DNA of 60,708 bases, the filler included, from Dugesia japonica (Eukaryota): the NCBI GenBank assembly GCA_001938525.1. It is 6 parts of 6 records of this genome, joined end to end, with 100 filler letters (N's around TTAATTAATTAA, not from the genome) between each part and the next. Parts side by side here need not be neighbours in the genome. Positions count along the whole stretch, not along the records: positions 11,186 to 19,737 come from MQRL01477707.1; positions 19,838 to 28,431 come from MQRL01465237.1; 4 more parts are not named here. The stretch is one strand, 5' to 3'. Made by a program: the position numbers and the translations under genes. The notes beneath the pieces were generated by a model, which saw only the letters and a list, made by a program, of their open reading frames with translations, searched no databases and had not been told where the DNA came from. Of the stretch, positions 11,333-25,125 are shown piece by piece (within the stretch, counting starts at the first letter, position 1; every line of letters starts with the position of its first letter).

Positions 11333-14300
11333 TTACACTTGTAACAATAGAGCAACACCTCCCAATACCCATTTGGCTGGTTTTTCTTTTGTTTTTAAAT
11401 TAAATGTCCACACAAATGTTGGGCCTCTTTCCTTGGTTTTGTATACAGGACACGCGTACACATTACGCAAATCTTGTCTATCTACGGGAATGGCTTTTAT
11501 GAAAATGACCGGCATCGATGGACCTAATTCCTTGAGTTTTGCTTCTGCTATCATACCGGTTTGAGTGTCCCATCGAGCCCCTTCCATGAACAGTCCATGG
11601 ACATACGCTCCATCTCTCGGCGGACCACCCATATCTTCTTTATTTTTCTTAGTGACATCACATTGCAATGCCATCCTATCAAGAGGCCACTCATTCTTCC
11701 TTGCCATTTGCTGCATGATTGCCGTCAGGAAGGATTGAGGATTAAATAACCCACCAAGCCAAATAACACTGGGCAACTGAAAATCGGTGGTCCATATTTC
11801 TAGTTCCTTTATTCGTAATAGTAAATCAGCATACCATATTGTCAAACCACACAGACTGGGATAAGCTCGCTTACTCCACGATTCAGGAATCGCGTCCAGG
11901 TATAAAGAATTCGATAAAGCTTCCATATCTGCTGTAATTGTCAATTCTCCTTTCAAACCAAGGTCCAATTCTTTCAACGATCTTCTTATTTCTGAAGTCA
12001 ACATATTCATTCGTTCACATTCTTGGAAGGCGACAACTACATACGGATTTCTTTCTTCTGGAGGCACTTTAGCTTGAATTTCCACCATATTAAAATCGTC
12101 TGGTAACTTTTCCATAATATCGTCGAGGATTTGTTTAATTCTTTCTTCTCGACTAACTCCAGTGGCTCCCGCGCCTGATGAATCTCTCGGCTGCATTTCA
12201 AACACAGTTTTGAACAATTTGTCACTGATGGATGTCAGAAATTCGATTTCTGCATTCGGATGTAACCCATACAAATATGGGCTTTCTGCAGGCAAGCATT
12301 CGTCTATGTAATTATGGTACCCCTTATAGTCGGTGTTTGGAGGGATTTTGAATCCTGGCGCGATAAACAGTTCTCCATCGAGCATTTCTGGCTGTAGATA
12401 TTCTTCTAAATACGTTTTGCATAATTTCCTATCCCAGTCATCAGTTATATGGCCTCCGTACATGATTTCTCCAAACAAGTATCGCAAATCTTCCCACGGC
12501 ACTTTGCTGTTCGCTTCCAGGTAATTGTAGAGAACATTGACGCTGATTGCAAGGTCACCCGTGTTAAATGGATAAGACCTGTTCCAGCCCTGAGGTCCGA
12601 ATTTCCGTCTTTCTGAGACGACAGCATGGAAATAGCATAGAGCAAACAAGATTGTCTTGAATTCATTTTCCTTCGCACACATCTCTAATGTTTCCTGGTT
12701 GAAATTGTTGAGAGATTTGTGTAGATTTGCTAGCATTCCTGTTGGAGGTTCGTTAGTTATTTTGATAGCATTTTCCAATATTCCTTGAGGAATTATGTGG
12801 GATTCCGGCGAACCAGATGGCTCCGCACTAATAAACACTCTATAATTCTCATGGCTTTCCTCAGCGTATTCTTCAAGTTTCTTCTCCAGCGCATTAAGCC
12901 ATTTTGATACTAAATGAATATTTTGTAAAACTACCCAATGTCCTTCTTTAGCACCGAGATCCATCGCGTTTTCCGCCACAATCTCTTGACCTTGACCAAG
13001 AGAAATGTTTCTGAAATTCTTATTGTCTCCAGAAAAGCCTAGTTTTTTACCAAGATTCTCAACCTCCTTCAAAGGATCGACTCCTGGAGATAAAATGAAA
13101 AATATTGGAGTTGCTGGTCCTGATTCTTCAAAGGATTGTGAAAATTCAACTCCTCCTCCCTCAATATATTTGTGTCCAAGCTTTTCGTCAACGAAATCGG
13201 CTACCGCATAAGTCATTCGATCGGGTCTAAGAGCTCTCATCATACACAATCTTTGTAAAGACGTTTTATTTTTCCATTCTTGAGGGAATTTTTCTTTTTC
13301 AGGTGTTTCGCTTTCCACAAATTTCTTCCAACGTTTTGCCGATCCTTCAATGTCTCGATCGAGATTTTTGAATTCTTCCAAAGCAGATAAAGCTTTAATA
13401 CCACCCCAACTATTATTCGATAAGAAATCTATTGGTGATGTCAGATTAGGAACAATCGGGAACCTCAACAAGAAATCTAGCTCAAAAGCATTAATTTCCT
13501 TTGTTCCCAATAATATTTGGAACGACATTTGAGCTGTAAAAATCAATTTATCCTTTTCAAACAAACCTCTCGATGTATATAAATAAACTGAAAACGTTAT
13601 ACTGTCAATCAGATTCTCAACTCTTCCTTTAAGTTCTTCGCTCGGCTCTGCTCGGTCGATTGCTTTCTCAAAAACAACTCTGAACGCTTTCAGAGAAAAT
13701 TGATACATTGGGTTGATTTTGTTGAGATCATTCAAGATGAAATATAACATTGATGCTCTGGCAGCCGCTGGACGATACAGTTCTCTTGTTTCATTAATAG
13801 TAACTTCCGTGATTTTCGCTTGTTCCACTTTTTCTTCAATTTCGATAGCAGTACGTTTGTTATTTTCAAGGTTTTCTACTAAAGCGTAATCGCCAAGAAA
13901 ATTACCTTCTGCAGCTGATAATCGATGCAGCAGGGAATCTTCTAATTCTTTCAGTGTTATCTTAAATTGATTTTGTTGCTTCGTGAGATCTAGTTTTAAT
14001 GTTTCCAAATCCGATCGCTCCTTATTCACAACAGTGGCTAATAACTGATCCTCCAAACCATCTCTCGTTACTGTAAAGTTTATAATTGTGGTCTGAGCTT
14101 GCATTTCCGGTTTATAATGTGGATTGGCCAATTTTGTTTGTAGAATTAATTTAAATTCCGGATTGTATTCACATTCTTTATCTCCAAGTTTTATTGCTCT
14201 TCCTTTCTTAATTGTATTTCTACCCAATAAATGATCGAGAACTGGATCCATTGTTTCTTCAATATTTTCAATTAGAACAACATCTCCAGCCGAAACTGCT

Positions 14301-17300
14301 TGCTCGATTACATCCAAATATCCTTTTTGTCCCAACCTTACGACTTTCAGATCAGAGCCATATCTCGTTTTGATCCATTTTATTCCTTGGAGTTGAGGAT
14401 CGATAATTAGTGGCCATCGTTCAGCGTTTGTCAATATAGTTGCATTTTCAATTGACATTCGATCACTAGGTAAACCTTCATTATTCCACGAGGCGATTAT
14501 TGCGTCATCGACAAGCATTTTCAGCGGATCCAAATTGTTTGTGATTGGTATTGTCGGTGTTAAATTAACTAGGAAAGGTAGCCAATGAGTATCCATTAAA
14601 GTCAATCTATACGGTTTGGTAAAACAACCAACATATGACAGAAACGCTACAGTAACAAGGACATCTCCAGGTAAAGTTTTTTCTTCTATTTTATATTGTT
14701 CTACTTGTTTACCCCATCTTACATTTTCACTAGCAAGACCACCAACCAATCTGTTTGCTAATTCAATTGTTTTAAACGTTAAATCTGCTTCATCTTGACA
14801 TCTTTGTTTGTCACTGCGAGCCTTTTCAAATTCATCTTGTAGTTTTTGTAATTGTTCCTCCAATTGTCTAATTCTGTTTTGAATACCGGTCAACTTTTCA
14901 GTGGCTTCCCGAAGTTCTTCATTTGCTGCTTCTAAAGCGTCTCGTTTCGGTTTGACATCACAAAATATTTCATAGTAAGTTATAATATTGATTACCCATG
15001 AACACAATCCAGCAGCAGCTAATGATTTGTTCTTGATTTCATCGGGATTAAAGTTAGGATCTTTACAATATTCCTTAGCAGCTTTTAATGACGCTTCTGG
15101 TATATTGTCTTTATTGTAGGTTATCAAATTATCCAAAAACGAATCGATTTTGCTCATTATGCCAGCCTTAGCTGCCTTCCAAGATCGATCTTTCGGAACT
15201 TTCCCATTTGTTGCAAATAAGCACATTACAGCAGCGGAAACATCAATGACTGCAGACGGAGGAGTTCCAAACGATTTCATTTCAGTAAGATTATTTTTGT
15301 TTAATGTATTTAATGCTTCTTGAGCTGCTTGCAAAGCTGGTTCAGCTTTCAATAAATCTCTTTCGCAATCCTTTTGTTTCTTTGATACTTCAGCCTTTAT
15401 TTTTGATACTTTTTCTTCTTCAACATCAGCAATACTCTTTTCGGCACTTACTTTCTTCGTATCAGTGGCAACCTTCTCTAATAATTCGTTAGCACTCGCA
15501 TTTTTCTGTTCCAATTCTACCTCTTGAGCAGCAAGTTTCGCTTTCAAATCGTCAACTTGTTGTGCGGTACTCTCTAACTTTTGTAACCCATTTTCTAATC
15601 GACTCATTTTACCTTGCAGTTCAGAATGCTTCTTTTTGAGCATATTACTGTAGAGAGAGATCTGTTCGAGGAACGATTTGGGAGTCGTATAATTATAGCG
15701 ACGCTCATTTTGAAGATACGAAATACTTACTTTGTTTACAGCTTTATGGACAAACGACATGAATTTTGCGGTAGATTCCTTGAAATCTTCTGGAAGCAAT
15801 TCGACTTCTTGGAGGAATCGATGNNNNNNNNNNNNNNNNNNNNNNNNNNNNNNNNNNNNNNNNNNNNNNNNNNNNNNNNNNNNNNNNNNNNNNNNNNNNN
15901 NNNNNNNNNNTACTCGGAGTGTTGAACCAACTGGTGAAAAACAAAGAACCAATCTCAAAGTCGAGCGAACTTTATTAATGAAAAATGCCCAACAATTTTC
16001 TCTGCTATCAATCAATCCAGTGCTTTTGACTTCGTTTCTAACACCATTTATGATATTTTCCACTTCATCGTCCGGAAACAAATCCAGTATCTCGCCAGAC
16101 GCCAACAAATCATTGACCAGAACTAGAAATTTTTCATCGGCGATTTGTGCATCGGTTAATAGGAATACAACACCGATATTCTTTATGCCTGCCTTCATAT
16201 ACAATGCCGCTAGATCGACCTTCAAATCATTGATTCCGTATCCTTTCCTTAGAGTTATCTGAAATACATCAAGAGAACTTATAAATGCTGCTAATCGAGA
16301 TAAAGATTGCTTTCCACTTCCTCCCACTCCAACCAAGAGTGCATACCCTCTCGGAGACTCTAAAATTCTATTAATGCGCAAAATATGAGCCACTGCATCC
16401 TCAAAAAGAACAAGATTCATAGCTGCATTGACTTCGTTGTAACTTTCTAATGCCTCCTTCAGAATCTTTGACAAATCTTCTGATCTTTCTACTGGCATGT
16501 ATTTCGGTTCTCCAATTCCTGTTGCGAAATGACAATATAACAATGGCTTCTTAAATAAAATAGTTTCGTCCATTTCTTCAAATGCTTTCTTTGTTAGTTC
16601 TTTCTGTAATCTTTGATATGTTTCAATGTCGCTATCATCAATCAACTTGTCATTGTATACTCTTTCTCCTTCATGCATCCACAATCGTACCAGATCTGAA
16701 GGCTGTTTCAAACAATCGGGATTAGAGAATAAAATTCCCTGGAAAATATTCGACAAATCTCTTAAATTGAAAACGTAGTGAAATTTTATAGCTGTAGGAA
16801 GAAATGTTGAGTTGATTTTGTTGTGGAAATTCAAGGCTAAATCAACTATATTAGGAATTATTTTCACAAGAGATTGGGAGAAATTTGTTGCAAGTTTTTC
16901 ACTAAGAATTGTTGAGTATATCGCTTTAAGAGAGTCTTGGCCAGGAAAACTGAGAGCAAATACGCAGAAATGACGCTGAAATAACATTAATCTTTTGAAA
17001 ATCAAATATATCAATACAAACCTGCAATCTCGGACTAATAGTAAAACTTCCAGCTGTGGGGTTCATACAAGCTAAATATTGAGTGTTGTGGATTTCTTTG
17101 AGAGTTAGCTTGCTTCTATCATACCAATGAGAATAATCAATATGTTGTCTAATAAGAGTGTGTGGTTGCACTGTAAAATATTTATCCACCTAAAACAAAT
17201 GAAAATTGTATTGATAATCACTGAGTATAATATTCGAACTTCAGGCATGTTCATATCATCGACGAAATATATCAATTTTTTAGAACCAGATGGACCATAA

Positions 17301-17545
17301 TTTCGACCAGCTTTCTTTTCTAATGGTTTCTCCAAAACACGTTGCAACATTTCACTAGTTGTGTAGAAATTGAATGGCACATTTGCAACAACATAATTAT
17401 CACCAACACTATTCAATTTGTCTTGCAACAAAACTGTTTTACCAGTTCCTGCACCACCAACAAGCATCACTGGACGTCGCTTTTCAATCAACAAATCAAG
17501 GAAATATCGAAATCTAGTTGTTTCCGATGTAGGCACCAAAACCGC
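11333..17545 (-). CDS. Axonemal outer-arm dynein beta heavy chain (DNAH9/DNAH11/DNAH17 class), 3' half from AAA3 to the C-terminus
   Basis: Exons 17545-17240, 17189-17022 and 16975-11333, with 50- and 46-nt GT-AG introns, all phase 0. Contains AAA3 Walker [12 protein letters not shown]4 GVGGSGKQ, stalk coiled coil/MTBD, AAA5-6 and the C-terminus [20 protein letters not shown] typical of the beta/DNAH9/17 group. An 87-nt N gap (15824-15910) keeps the frame. No upstream exons were recognised on this scaffold. Confidence 0.96.
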
Positions 17546-19667
17546 CTGGAAATTATTAAAAAATAAGAATAAGAAAGTTTGTGTATTACGAGATGAAATT
17601 AAAATTTCATTTGAAATAAGATTAATCGCCCCGAAATATAATTCTGTAATTATTAGAACGTAATGCGTGATATTATGAGTAATTAGTTCGACAAATATTT
17701 CGAATAATAAACTACTACAGTGGCTCATAACAGATGTGGGCCTCTCTTGTGGGAGGTACGAGTTTATTAACTATAGAAAAATTAATTTATTATATGTTTG
17801 ACTATGTTATTTGCTCTTTATATGATTATTATATGCTTAACTGTATTAAATTAATATTATTAATTGACATTACAATATTGTAAGGAATAATTAAATATTA
17901 GGAATGTTTTAAATTAGTTTTGTCATTATTAGTTCATTTTTATGTATGCAATATTAGTGTATATTATTGATTGGTTAATTTTTATTTTGCTGTGTAATAA
18001 ATTCTGTGTGTTTAAATAGTATGGTTTGAGAAATTGAGTTGGGAAGATATTTAAAAAAGTAAACTCTTTGTATTTATTGTTTTTGTATTTTGTAAATTTT
18101 TTTATTTTAACTTATATTCTACCAATTTTTACAGAATATAATTTGTATAATTTTAGATTATTGCAGGAAGCATTTTTTTGATTTTGATATTCTATTGGAA
18201 TACGTCCATCACAACAGAAAGTTAAACATTACTGTTAATTTCAGGTTTTATATGTATGATAAAAAAATTAAAATTTGGGACGTCATATATGATCTTTACC
18301 CTTCTTCCCCGTGTCATAAACTGTCACACTTTCTTATACCCCTTCCTCAGTCCTGAGTGTGACATACTTTATGGACGGCCCCAAAGTAGAACTATATTCC
18401 TTGTCTATCAAATATAAAAATAATTACAACAATAAAGTTTTCACTAGTAACCTTAGCTAAAAATCAATTAATTATTTTAAAAGAGCACAATTAGATCATT
18501 TTAAGATTTTTATGTAAAAAAACTAAGTCAAATCTTTCCTATCATTACAGATTTCTTATCTATGTGTAACACAATGCGTGCATATATCTAGAATTATTGA
18601 TAACTAATGAAACTATTTGCACTCCATTCTGGGAAAATGATAAATAATGAAGATTTCAAATAATATTATAAATCTCATTTGTGGTGCTCGAAAATCAAAC
18701 TTACGTGAAAACTACCTCATAAAATTATGTTGGCGCTTTTAATAAAGAAAATTCCAATCTGAATGAGAAATAAAGTGAAAACATTTGTCTATATCATAAA
18801 TATTATCAAACATTCTATTTGATTCATTGTTCCATGATAGAACTTTGGAAAATTTTCAATTTCTCTCAATAAACATTTTGCATTATATAAATACAACCAA
18901 GAATATTTGTTAATTACTCATTCTAATTACGCTAATTAGGAAACATTTTAGCTTGAGATATTAGTGTCCAACAATACAAGATTTTATCATATTTAATTAA
19001 CTTTTCACAGGCCAAATTATTACAACACTGGAAACAGCTGACTCGCCGGTAATACACATCCAGATGATTATCAATTTGTATAATACCATAAATTGAATGA
19101 AATTCAGTCAGTGATGTTATCCAGAGCCAAAATGAATGCACTAAACAGCAGGGTGCCATATAGAGAAAAACTATTAAATTAATTCAATGAATCCAAATAG
19201 ACTCATTTGACCGGAAAGGGTTAATATTAAATAACTAAAAATAATTGAAACATCAACTTATCAAGAAGTTATTCCACGCTATTTTCGACAAAATAAACTA
19301 AGGTTATGAAGTTCAAATGAACAGTTTACCACATTTATTTTATAATTGTATTAAATAGAATACACAATTACATGCTTGCAATTTTATGAATCGACTTTAC
19401 GGAAAACTAAAGAGATATCAACACGAAATGCTTCTTTAATGAATGTGATTTAGATTAATATATAGAATAATATTTATAAATATCATTAAACACCAAAATA
19501 TGAATATCAAAATATACAAATCAAAATTCTAGGCAGAAAATTCATCTTGAAGTATGAAATGTATTCTGGAACAAAACAATACAACAATATAAAATGATTT
19601 AAAATAAATATTAAAATAATATTAGTAATAATAATAAGAAAAAACGAAGAAGAGGAAGAAGACGAAA

Positions 19668-19677
19668 AATAATAATG

Positions 19678-19737
<60 letters not shown>
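19668..19737. repeat. (AAT)n microsatellite
   Basis: Visible directly. Similar tracts lie at about 27852-27894, 28360-28431, 48557-48623 and 52350-52543, and (AT)n at about 37935-37962. Many abut assembly gaps. Confidence 0.95.
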
Positions 19738-19837
19738 NNNNNNNNNNNNNNNNNNNNNNNNNNNNNNNNNNNNNNNNNNNNTTAATTAATTAANNNNNNN
19801 NNNNNNNNNNNNNNNNNNNNNNNNNNNNNNNNNNNNN
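19738..19837. other. Artificial scaffold-joining spacer
   Basis: N44-TTAATTAATTAA-N44. Confidence 0.97.
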
Positions 19838-20260
19838 ATTTTATTTTAGAAACCAGTTTCAATAAAAAAATCTAAATTTAGTCTGCTTCTATCTGGAATT
19901 CATGAGAAGGATAGAAATATACTGGAAGCTATGCTCGTCAGATTAAGTCGTCAAATTAAAGTCAACGAGGCTATTTATATAGCTTTTAAAGAAAGAGACG
20001 AGAACCAATATAAAGACGATAGTCAATGAATGATTAAAGTTGAGATTAAAGGCTTTAAAAATCAATTAATTCAGTAGGAATTATATGTAAAATCAAAAAC
20101 ATCGAAAAAAAGATCTAAATTTATTATAGAACTTAATATTTAATTGGTGTGATGTTTTTTTTACTGAAATAAATCTTTATGAAAACAAAGTCTTTTTAAT
20201 TTCATTAATAATTAAAAACTAAATAAATAAAACAAAAACTGAATAGTAATAATACTTTTA

Positions 20261-20694
20261 TTAATATAAACGAAAATAGTCATTATAATGATTAAGCTCA
20301 TCCAGATGGTTCTCCATAGGAATCATAATATTAAACTTTGCACACCCAATACAGTCAGGTGCGCAAAATTCTGCTCTCATGTACTAGTTTATCATCATTT
20401 CCAGAAGGAACGGTTTTCGTTCTTTGTCTAGAATTCCCCTTTCTTCGCATATTTCCACAAGCATTCCTTAATTTAAAATTTAAAAAAGCAATTACAAAAT
20501 AATAAATAATCAACCGGTTTTACTAAATTGTTCTTTTAATTTTTCAATATCTTTCATATTTGTTGAATTACAAAAAAATAATGATGAAATGCATAATAAA
20601 AAACCACAACGTAATATATTAATTATTTGAAATTTAAATATCTAAATTTAAATTCATATAATTTGTACTTATATTGTAAATTTTTTTTATCCAT
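20261..20694 (-). pseudogene. Putative small secreted Cys-containing protein gene, apparently disrupted
   Basis: Exon 20641-20515 (IFKFQIINILRCGFLLCISSLFFCNSTNMKDIEKLKEQFSKT, signal-peptide-like) is joined by a 48-nt GT-AG intron to the exon starting at 20466 (GMLVEICEERGILDKERKPFLLEMMIN*YMRAEFCAPDCIGCAKFNIMIPMENHLDELNHYNDYFRLY*). There is an in-frame TAG at 20386-20384. The candidate ATG at 20694 is followed by GA rather than GT. Confidence 0.4.
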
Positions 20695-21759
20695 GTTGCA
20701 AATTTTCAATCAAATTGAATAAATATGAAATAATGTTATTCACATATCCTTAAAAATACAAATTTTTAAGACCAAACATCACTTTGTTTCCTGTTGAGAA
20801 CACATTTACACATAAAGGGTCATATTTTACAAGTCTTAGAGCAGGAAATGACTCTGTTTCGAACCAACAGTTGACAATTCTTTTTAATTTATACATATTT
20901 ATTGAAACTCTCATATTTACGACAATTGTTAGTAACCATAATTGTAAATTTTTTATATCATAGGGTTCAAATCATGCAGTTTCAATTGTTTCTTACAACA
21001 CATTATTCAACATTTTCCTATTCTGAAGTAAATAATTGTATATTTATCACTTTTGACTAAAAATTTCAAATAAATTTTATTAAATCCAATAATTAATTTT
21101 CTTTCCACACATATTTTTCTCCTTCTCCCGAAAAAATTGTTTAACACACTTATACTACTTACAAATATAAACCAATCAAATTCAACCCCAACCAATCAGA
21201 AATTAAAGCACAATCGACATACCAAATATTTCCCATCACATTAAGTTTTTAACAACCCATCATCCAAGAAAACCCATCAATCCCATACAAAGATACACCC
21301 TCTCAAAAAAAAACCCACGATAACTCGTACGACTGTACCCGTGCGCTACTATAGTTCTAAGACTAACCATCCATCCAACCTCATAAGTCCTTTAGACAAA
21401 ATATAGGCAGTATATTTGTCCAACAGCAATCAAATCTTAAAAAGCACCGAAAAATTATTTCCAAGATCTACAGCTCTCACTTGAGTACAAAATCCTTCTA
21501 ACACACACACACTCCCACACACCATCTCAACTTAACCTACTTTTTACAAATACCCTTAGCAACCCAAACAAACACAAATTTTAAAATTTAAAAATACACA
21601 CACAGACAACCAGGATCAACAAAATATGATGCGATCAAAATAATTTGATCTGATCAAAAATGTTTTGATCCCAAAAATCTTAGAATAAAACCAGCACAAT
21701 CGTAATGTGTTTTCGAGCCCCCTTGGGGGGGAGGGGATGTAAATTGTGCCCGTTTGCTA

Positions 21760-21946
21760 CTATCAGACTATTATGAGAGAAAGAAATATGATATAAATGC
21801 ATTAAATTTATGTGATCAAATTGAAATACTTTCAACATACATAAAACTCGGTATGAATGCATTGGCAGTTTTAGATTATATATTTTCAAATGACCTTTCT
21901 CCAATGTTTCCAAATATCTCAATTGCATTAAGAATTTTTTTGACAT
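21760..21946 (+). mobile_element. hAT transposase C-terminal fragment
   Basis: LDYIFSNDLSPMFPNISIALRIFLT, the lead-in to the hAT dimerization domain, truncated before the ERSFS motif. Confidence 0.65.
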
Positions 21947-24729
21947 ACTTTGAGGTTAATAATATTTCAAATAAGAAGAAATATGAAATGGTAGTAACTT
22001 GTTTGATGAGATGGACAATATATTAAAATTTCAGAAAAAGTAAATGGTTTTAAGGAAAGCTTTAGAATAATATTTGATAAGGAATGAAATGTAATGAAAA
22101 ATATCAAAATTGCTTTGGAGTATAGACGGGGTAATAAAGATATTGAAATTTCTATTATGTGCAAATTCGTTAAATCCCATTGAATAAAGTGGACATTATT
22201 AAAGAAGTCTTGATATTGTTAGAGAAATTAGAAAACAAGGAGTTTCCTATTAATGTGGTGGGACGTTTGGTTAAATTAGTCAAAGATGGTATGCAAGAGA
22301 TAGAGAATTATAAAGGAAAACGATTGGTAATCAAAACATATACTGAGATAATTGAATAAAGAAATTATTCATATTTTATCAAATTACTTCAGATTTATTA
22401 TGAAACTCAAAGATGCTTTTGCTTATTATATGAAAGCATTGTTAATTAAAGTAATTTTAAGAATATTTATACAAATCAAAATCATGAAGATTTAAAACCA
22501 CAAGTAATGTTAAGAATAAATCCATGTAAAGATAAGTTGCAATTAAAATAAACAAAATATTTGAGGTTGCAGCGAAGATTTTGAAAAGGTTATATAAGAA
22601 ATTGAATTTTTCTTGCTCTCGAATGATAAGATGTTTAATCAAATTTATATTAAAGTTTAACCATTCACATGAATAACAAATCAGCAAATAATTTGTGGAA
22701 AAAGCTATATATTTAACTATATATTTTCATATAAATTGCTATATTAGACATTTTTCCTCTTCAATTTTCATTTATTTATTGATTGGAATTGATTATATTA
22801 AATTTACCAATTTCAAACTGAATTAATTCCATTTCTCTTACCATAGATTATGAGTAATAATTTAAAAACGATCTTACAAATAATTCAAACCAATTCTTCT
22901 ACACAACAACGCTCTGCCACACGTCGCATAACTGACCCTGCAGAAGTTGCACGAATTGCACTAAAAGACTCTGCCTCATCCGCCATATTTGCCGGAACTC
23001 CCACCCACCGCTATATTTTTTTCAGACATCTGGACAAAAATGCGTTGATTCTATTGGTTTTTATTTCGATTAATAACCTTGTTTATAAGCTGAGTTGTAC
23101 TAATTTAAAGTTGAGATTTAAAAACCTGCATTTATATTTCATCAATGAATAATCAATATTTAAATCAATGAATAAAAAATGCAATTTTTCATATTTTCAT
23201 TCATAAAATAAACATTTATTTTAATTGTATTTTATTGAATCGATTACGTAACGGATTTTATTGGCTAGAATAGAAATAATTTCTTCTTTTAATTTACAAC
23301 AGTAATTAATGGTGGGCATAGGTTTGTACAAAACATGTTTATAAATATAAATTACAAAAATAATTTTTTAGATTAAAATAATATTTACAAAAAGCTTTTA
23401 AAGATACTTTATTGAATATAGAAGAAACTGTGGATCAATTACAAAATAATACTATGAGCGAAGAAATAGCCCTCAAAAAGTTCCGGTCTGACTGTTAAAG
23501 ACATCTCAATATGGGTAATTCTGTCAAAGGAAGTACGATTGATGAATTTAACCTGGTTCTAACAAAAGTAATGAATAATATCAGACACGAGACCAAACAA
23601 AAAAGCTACAGAAAATGGGATATAACGTCGTAAAGAAATGCTGCGACAATAATGAACATCATTTCAAACATTCGTGATTACACGTATCATAACTGGTTTT
23701 TTTTGTGAAAATATAAACTTATCATTATAAATCCTTTAGTTTTTCTATGAATAACCTCGTGTACTAAAAATTATACTAAATATTTTAATGCAAATTGGCA
23801 TCAGAAATTTAACTAAGGAAAATCAATTATTATTTCTAGTAGATTTCTATTTGATAAAATATAAATAATATTTCTAATCAACTGAAATTAGAAAAATATT
23901 ATTTTAAATATTATGTTAAACAATATTTTGATATTTTTCTTATTGAAAAAGTCTTTAAAAATTATTAAGCCAGTCTGATTAAATTATAAAAATAAAATAA
24001 GCCATAATTAAGAAATTNTTTCTCTAAAACAAAGATTAAAATTGTTTGAAGAGATTGTTTTAAGCTCTTAAGAAAAAAATCTAGCTTCTTTTTGTTTTTT
24101 TCTTTTTAGTAAAAATTTGATGTTGAATAAAAATTTATTAAATATTTGGGAGTTTAGATAAAACTGAAAACTAAATCCTATAGTCCATAGAAACTTTCAG
24201 TATAATTGAAATTCGTTGAATTGTCCCAATTTTCTCATAAAATTTATGATTGTTTCATGAGAGTTAAACACCCTACTTCCAGAATTAAACAAAAATGAAA
24301 TGACCATTACTGAAATGTCATATTTTTCATTACAGAATTATCTATTTGCAAATAATTTGAGACTATTTGTTATGTTTCTTGGTTTATTATCGGTTTATTA
24401 CATAAAACATAAACAAATAGAAAAGTTAAAGGATGATAAATATCCATTTTACGTATCTAAGGAAATACGAAAATGTCTGTCAAAAATAAAATTTCATATG
24501 TTTTTCTCAAAATATTCTCAAAATATTATAAGAAGGCGTTCCATTTTTTCCAAAAGTCAATTGGCAGAGACATGTCCTGTCAAATTAGCTATCCATTGCC
24601 ATATTTGCACAATTGAAGAAATATATAGAGCTCATAGAATGAATCATTATGAGGAGATGAAGTTTGAGTAATGAATGATTTTTAAAAGTATTTTTGAAAT
24701 GAAAGTAGGTGGGTATAGTTAAATAATCT

Positions 24730-24900
24730 CATTAAAAATGGCAAAGCCTATCTTACACTGTCCACTGGTTTGAAAAGAGGCCATGAATATTTTTGGAAAG
24801 GTGTTATAATCTTGGTTTTCGAACTTCAGTCAGATGGTCAAAGTATATACTCTAATATTTACTTAACACAATTGGAAAGACTTCAAGTAACCAAATATTT
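24730..24900 (+). mobile_element. Mariner transposase fragment
   Basis: WKGVII..FELQSDGQSIYSNIYLTQLERL matches the mariner W.GVI.YELL..G.TIN...Y..QL.RL motif. Confidence 0.6.
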
Positions 24901-25125
24901 TCATTTAATTTTGCAAAAAAAAAATTTCCTAGGCCACATGTTTTACGAAAATCAACGAAAACTGTTCGGTTGTTAAATAAGATCTGCATTATTTTCAATT
25001 ACTAAATTCAAATTCAAGTTTTATTGAAATAATTATTAATCCAAAATCGTTTAAAAATTATCCGAGTATGTTTGTTAATAACTTAATTGAATAACGAAAA
25101 ATTTTATAATATTCGTAATTTCAGA

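Noticed and set aside
11289-16262. Short ORFs overlapping the dynein CDS on the opposite strand or in other frames
   Set aside because: Shadow ORFs of a long conserved coding exon.
16976-17014. ORF-track start [13 protein letters not shown] for the dynein
   Set aside because: Intronic sequence. The exon starts at 16975 after a TTTCAG acceptor. The N-terminus of ORF 17105-17728 is likewise intronic.
9692-17545. Convergent PIGZ-dynein gene pair
   Set aside because: The two genes are separated by an artificial spacer and lie on different scaffolds.
18290-18382. MITE-like terminus …CATACTTTATGGACGGCCCC
   Set aside because: No convincing partner TIR or TSD, so the element cannot be delimited.
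18930-19224. Possible piggyBac end (…GGAAAGGG-TTAA) with a Cys-rich ORF
   Set aside because: Only one terminus was found and there is no clear transposase motif.
20384-20386. Alternative genetic code (TAG reassignment)
   Set aside because: The long dynein and PIGZ frames contain no in-frame TAG or TAA and dynein ends at TAA. One TAG in a doubtful gene is not evidence.
22850-23152. 100-aa ORF with a GC-richer first half
   Set aside because: No recognisable motif or splice structure. Probably a repeat fragment running into AT-rich sequence.
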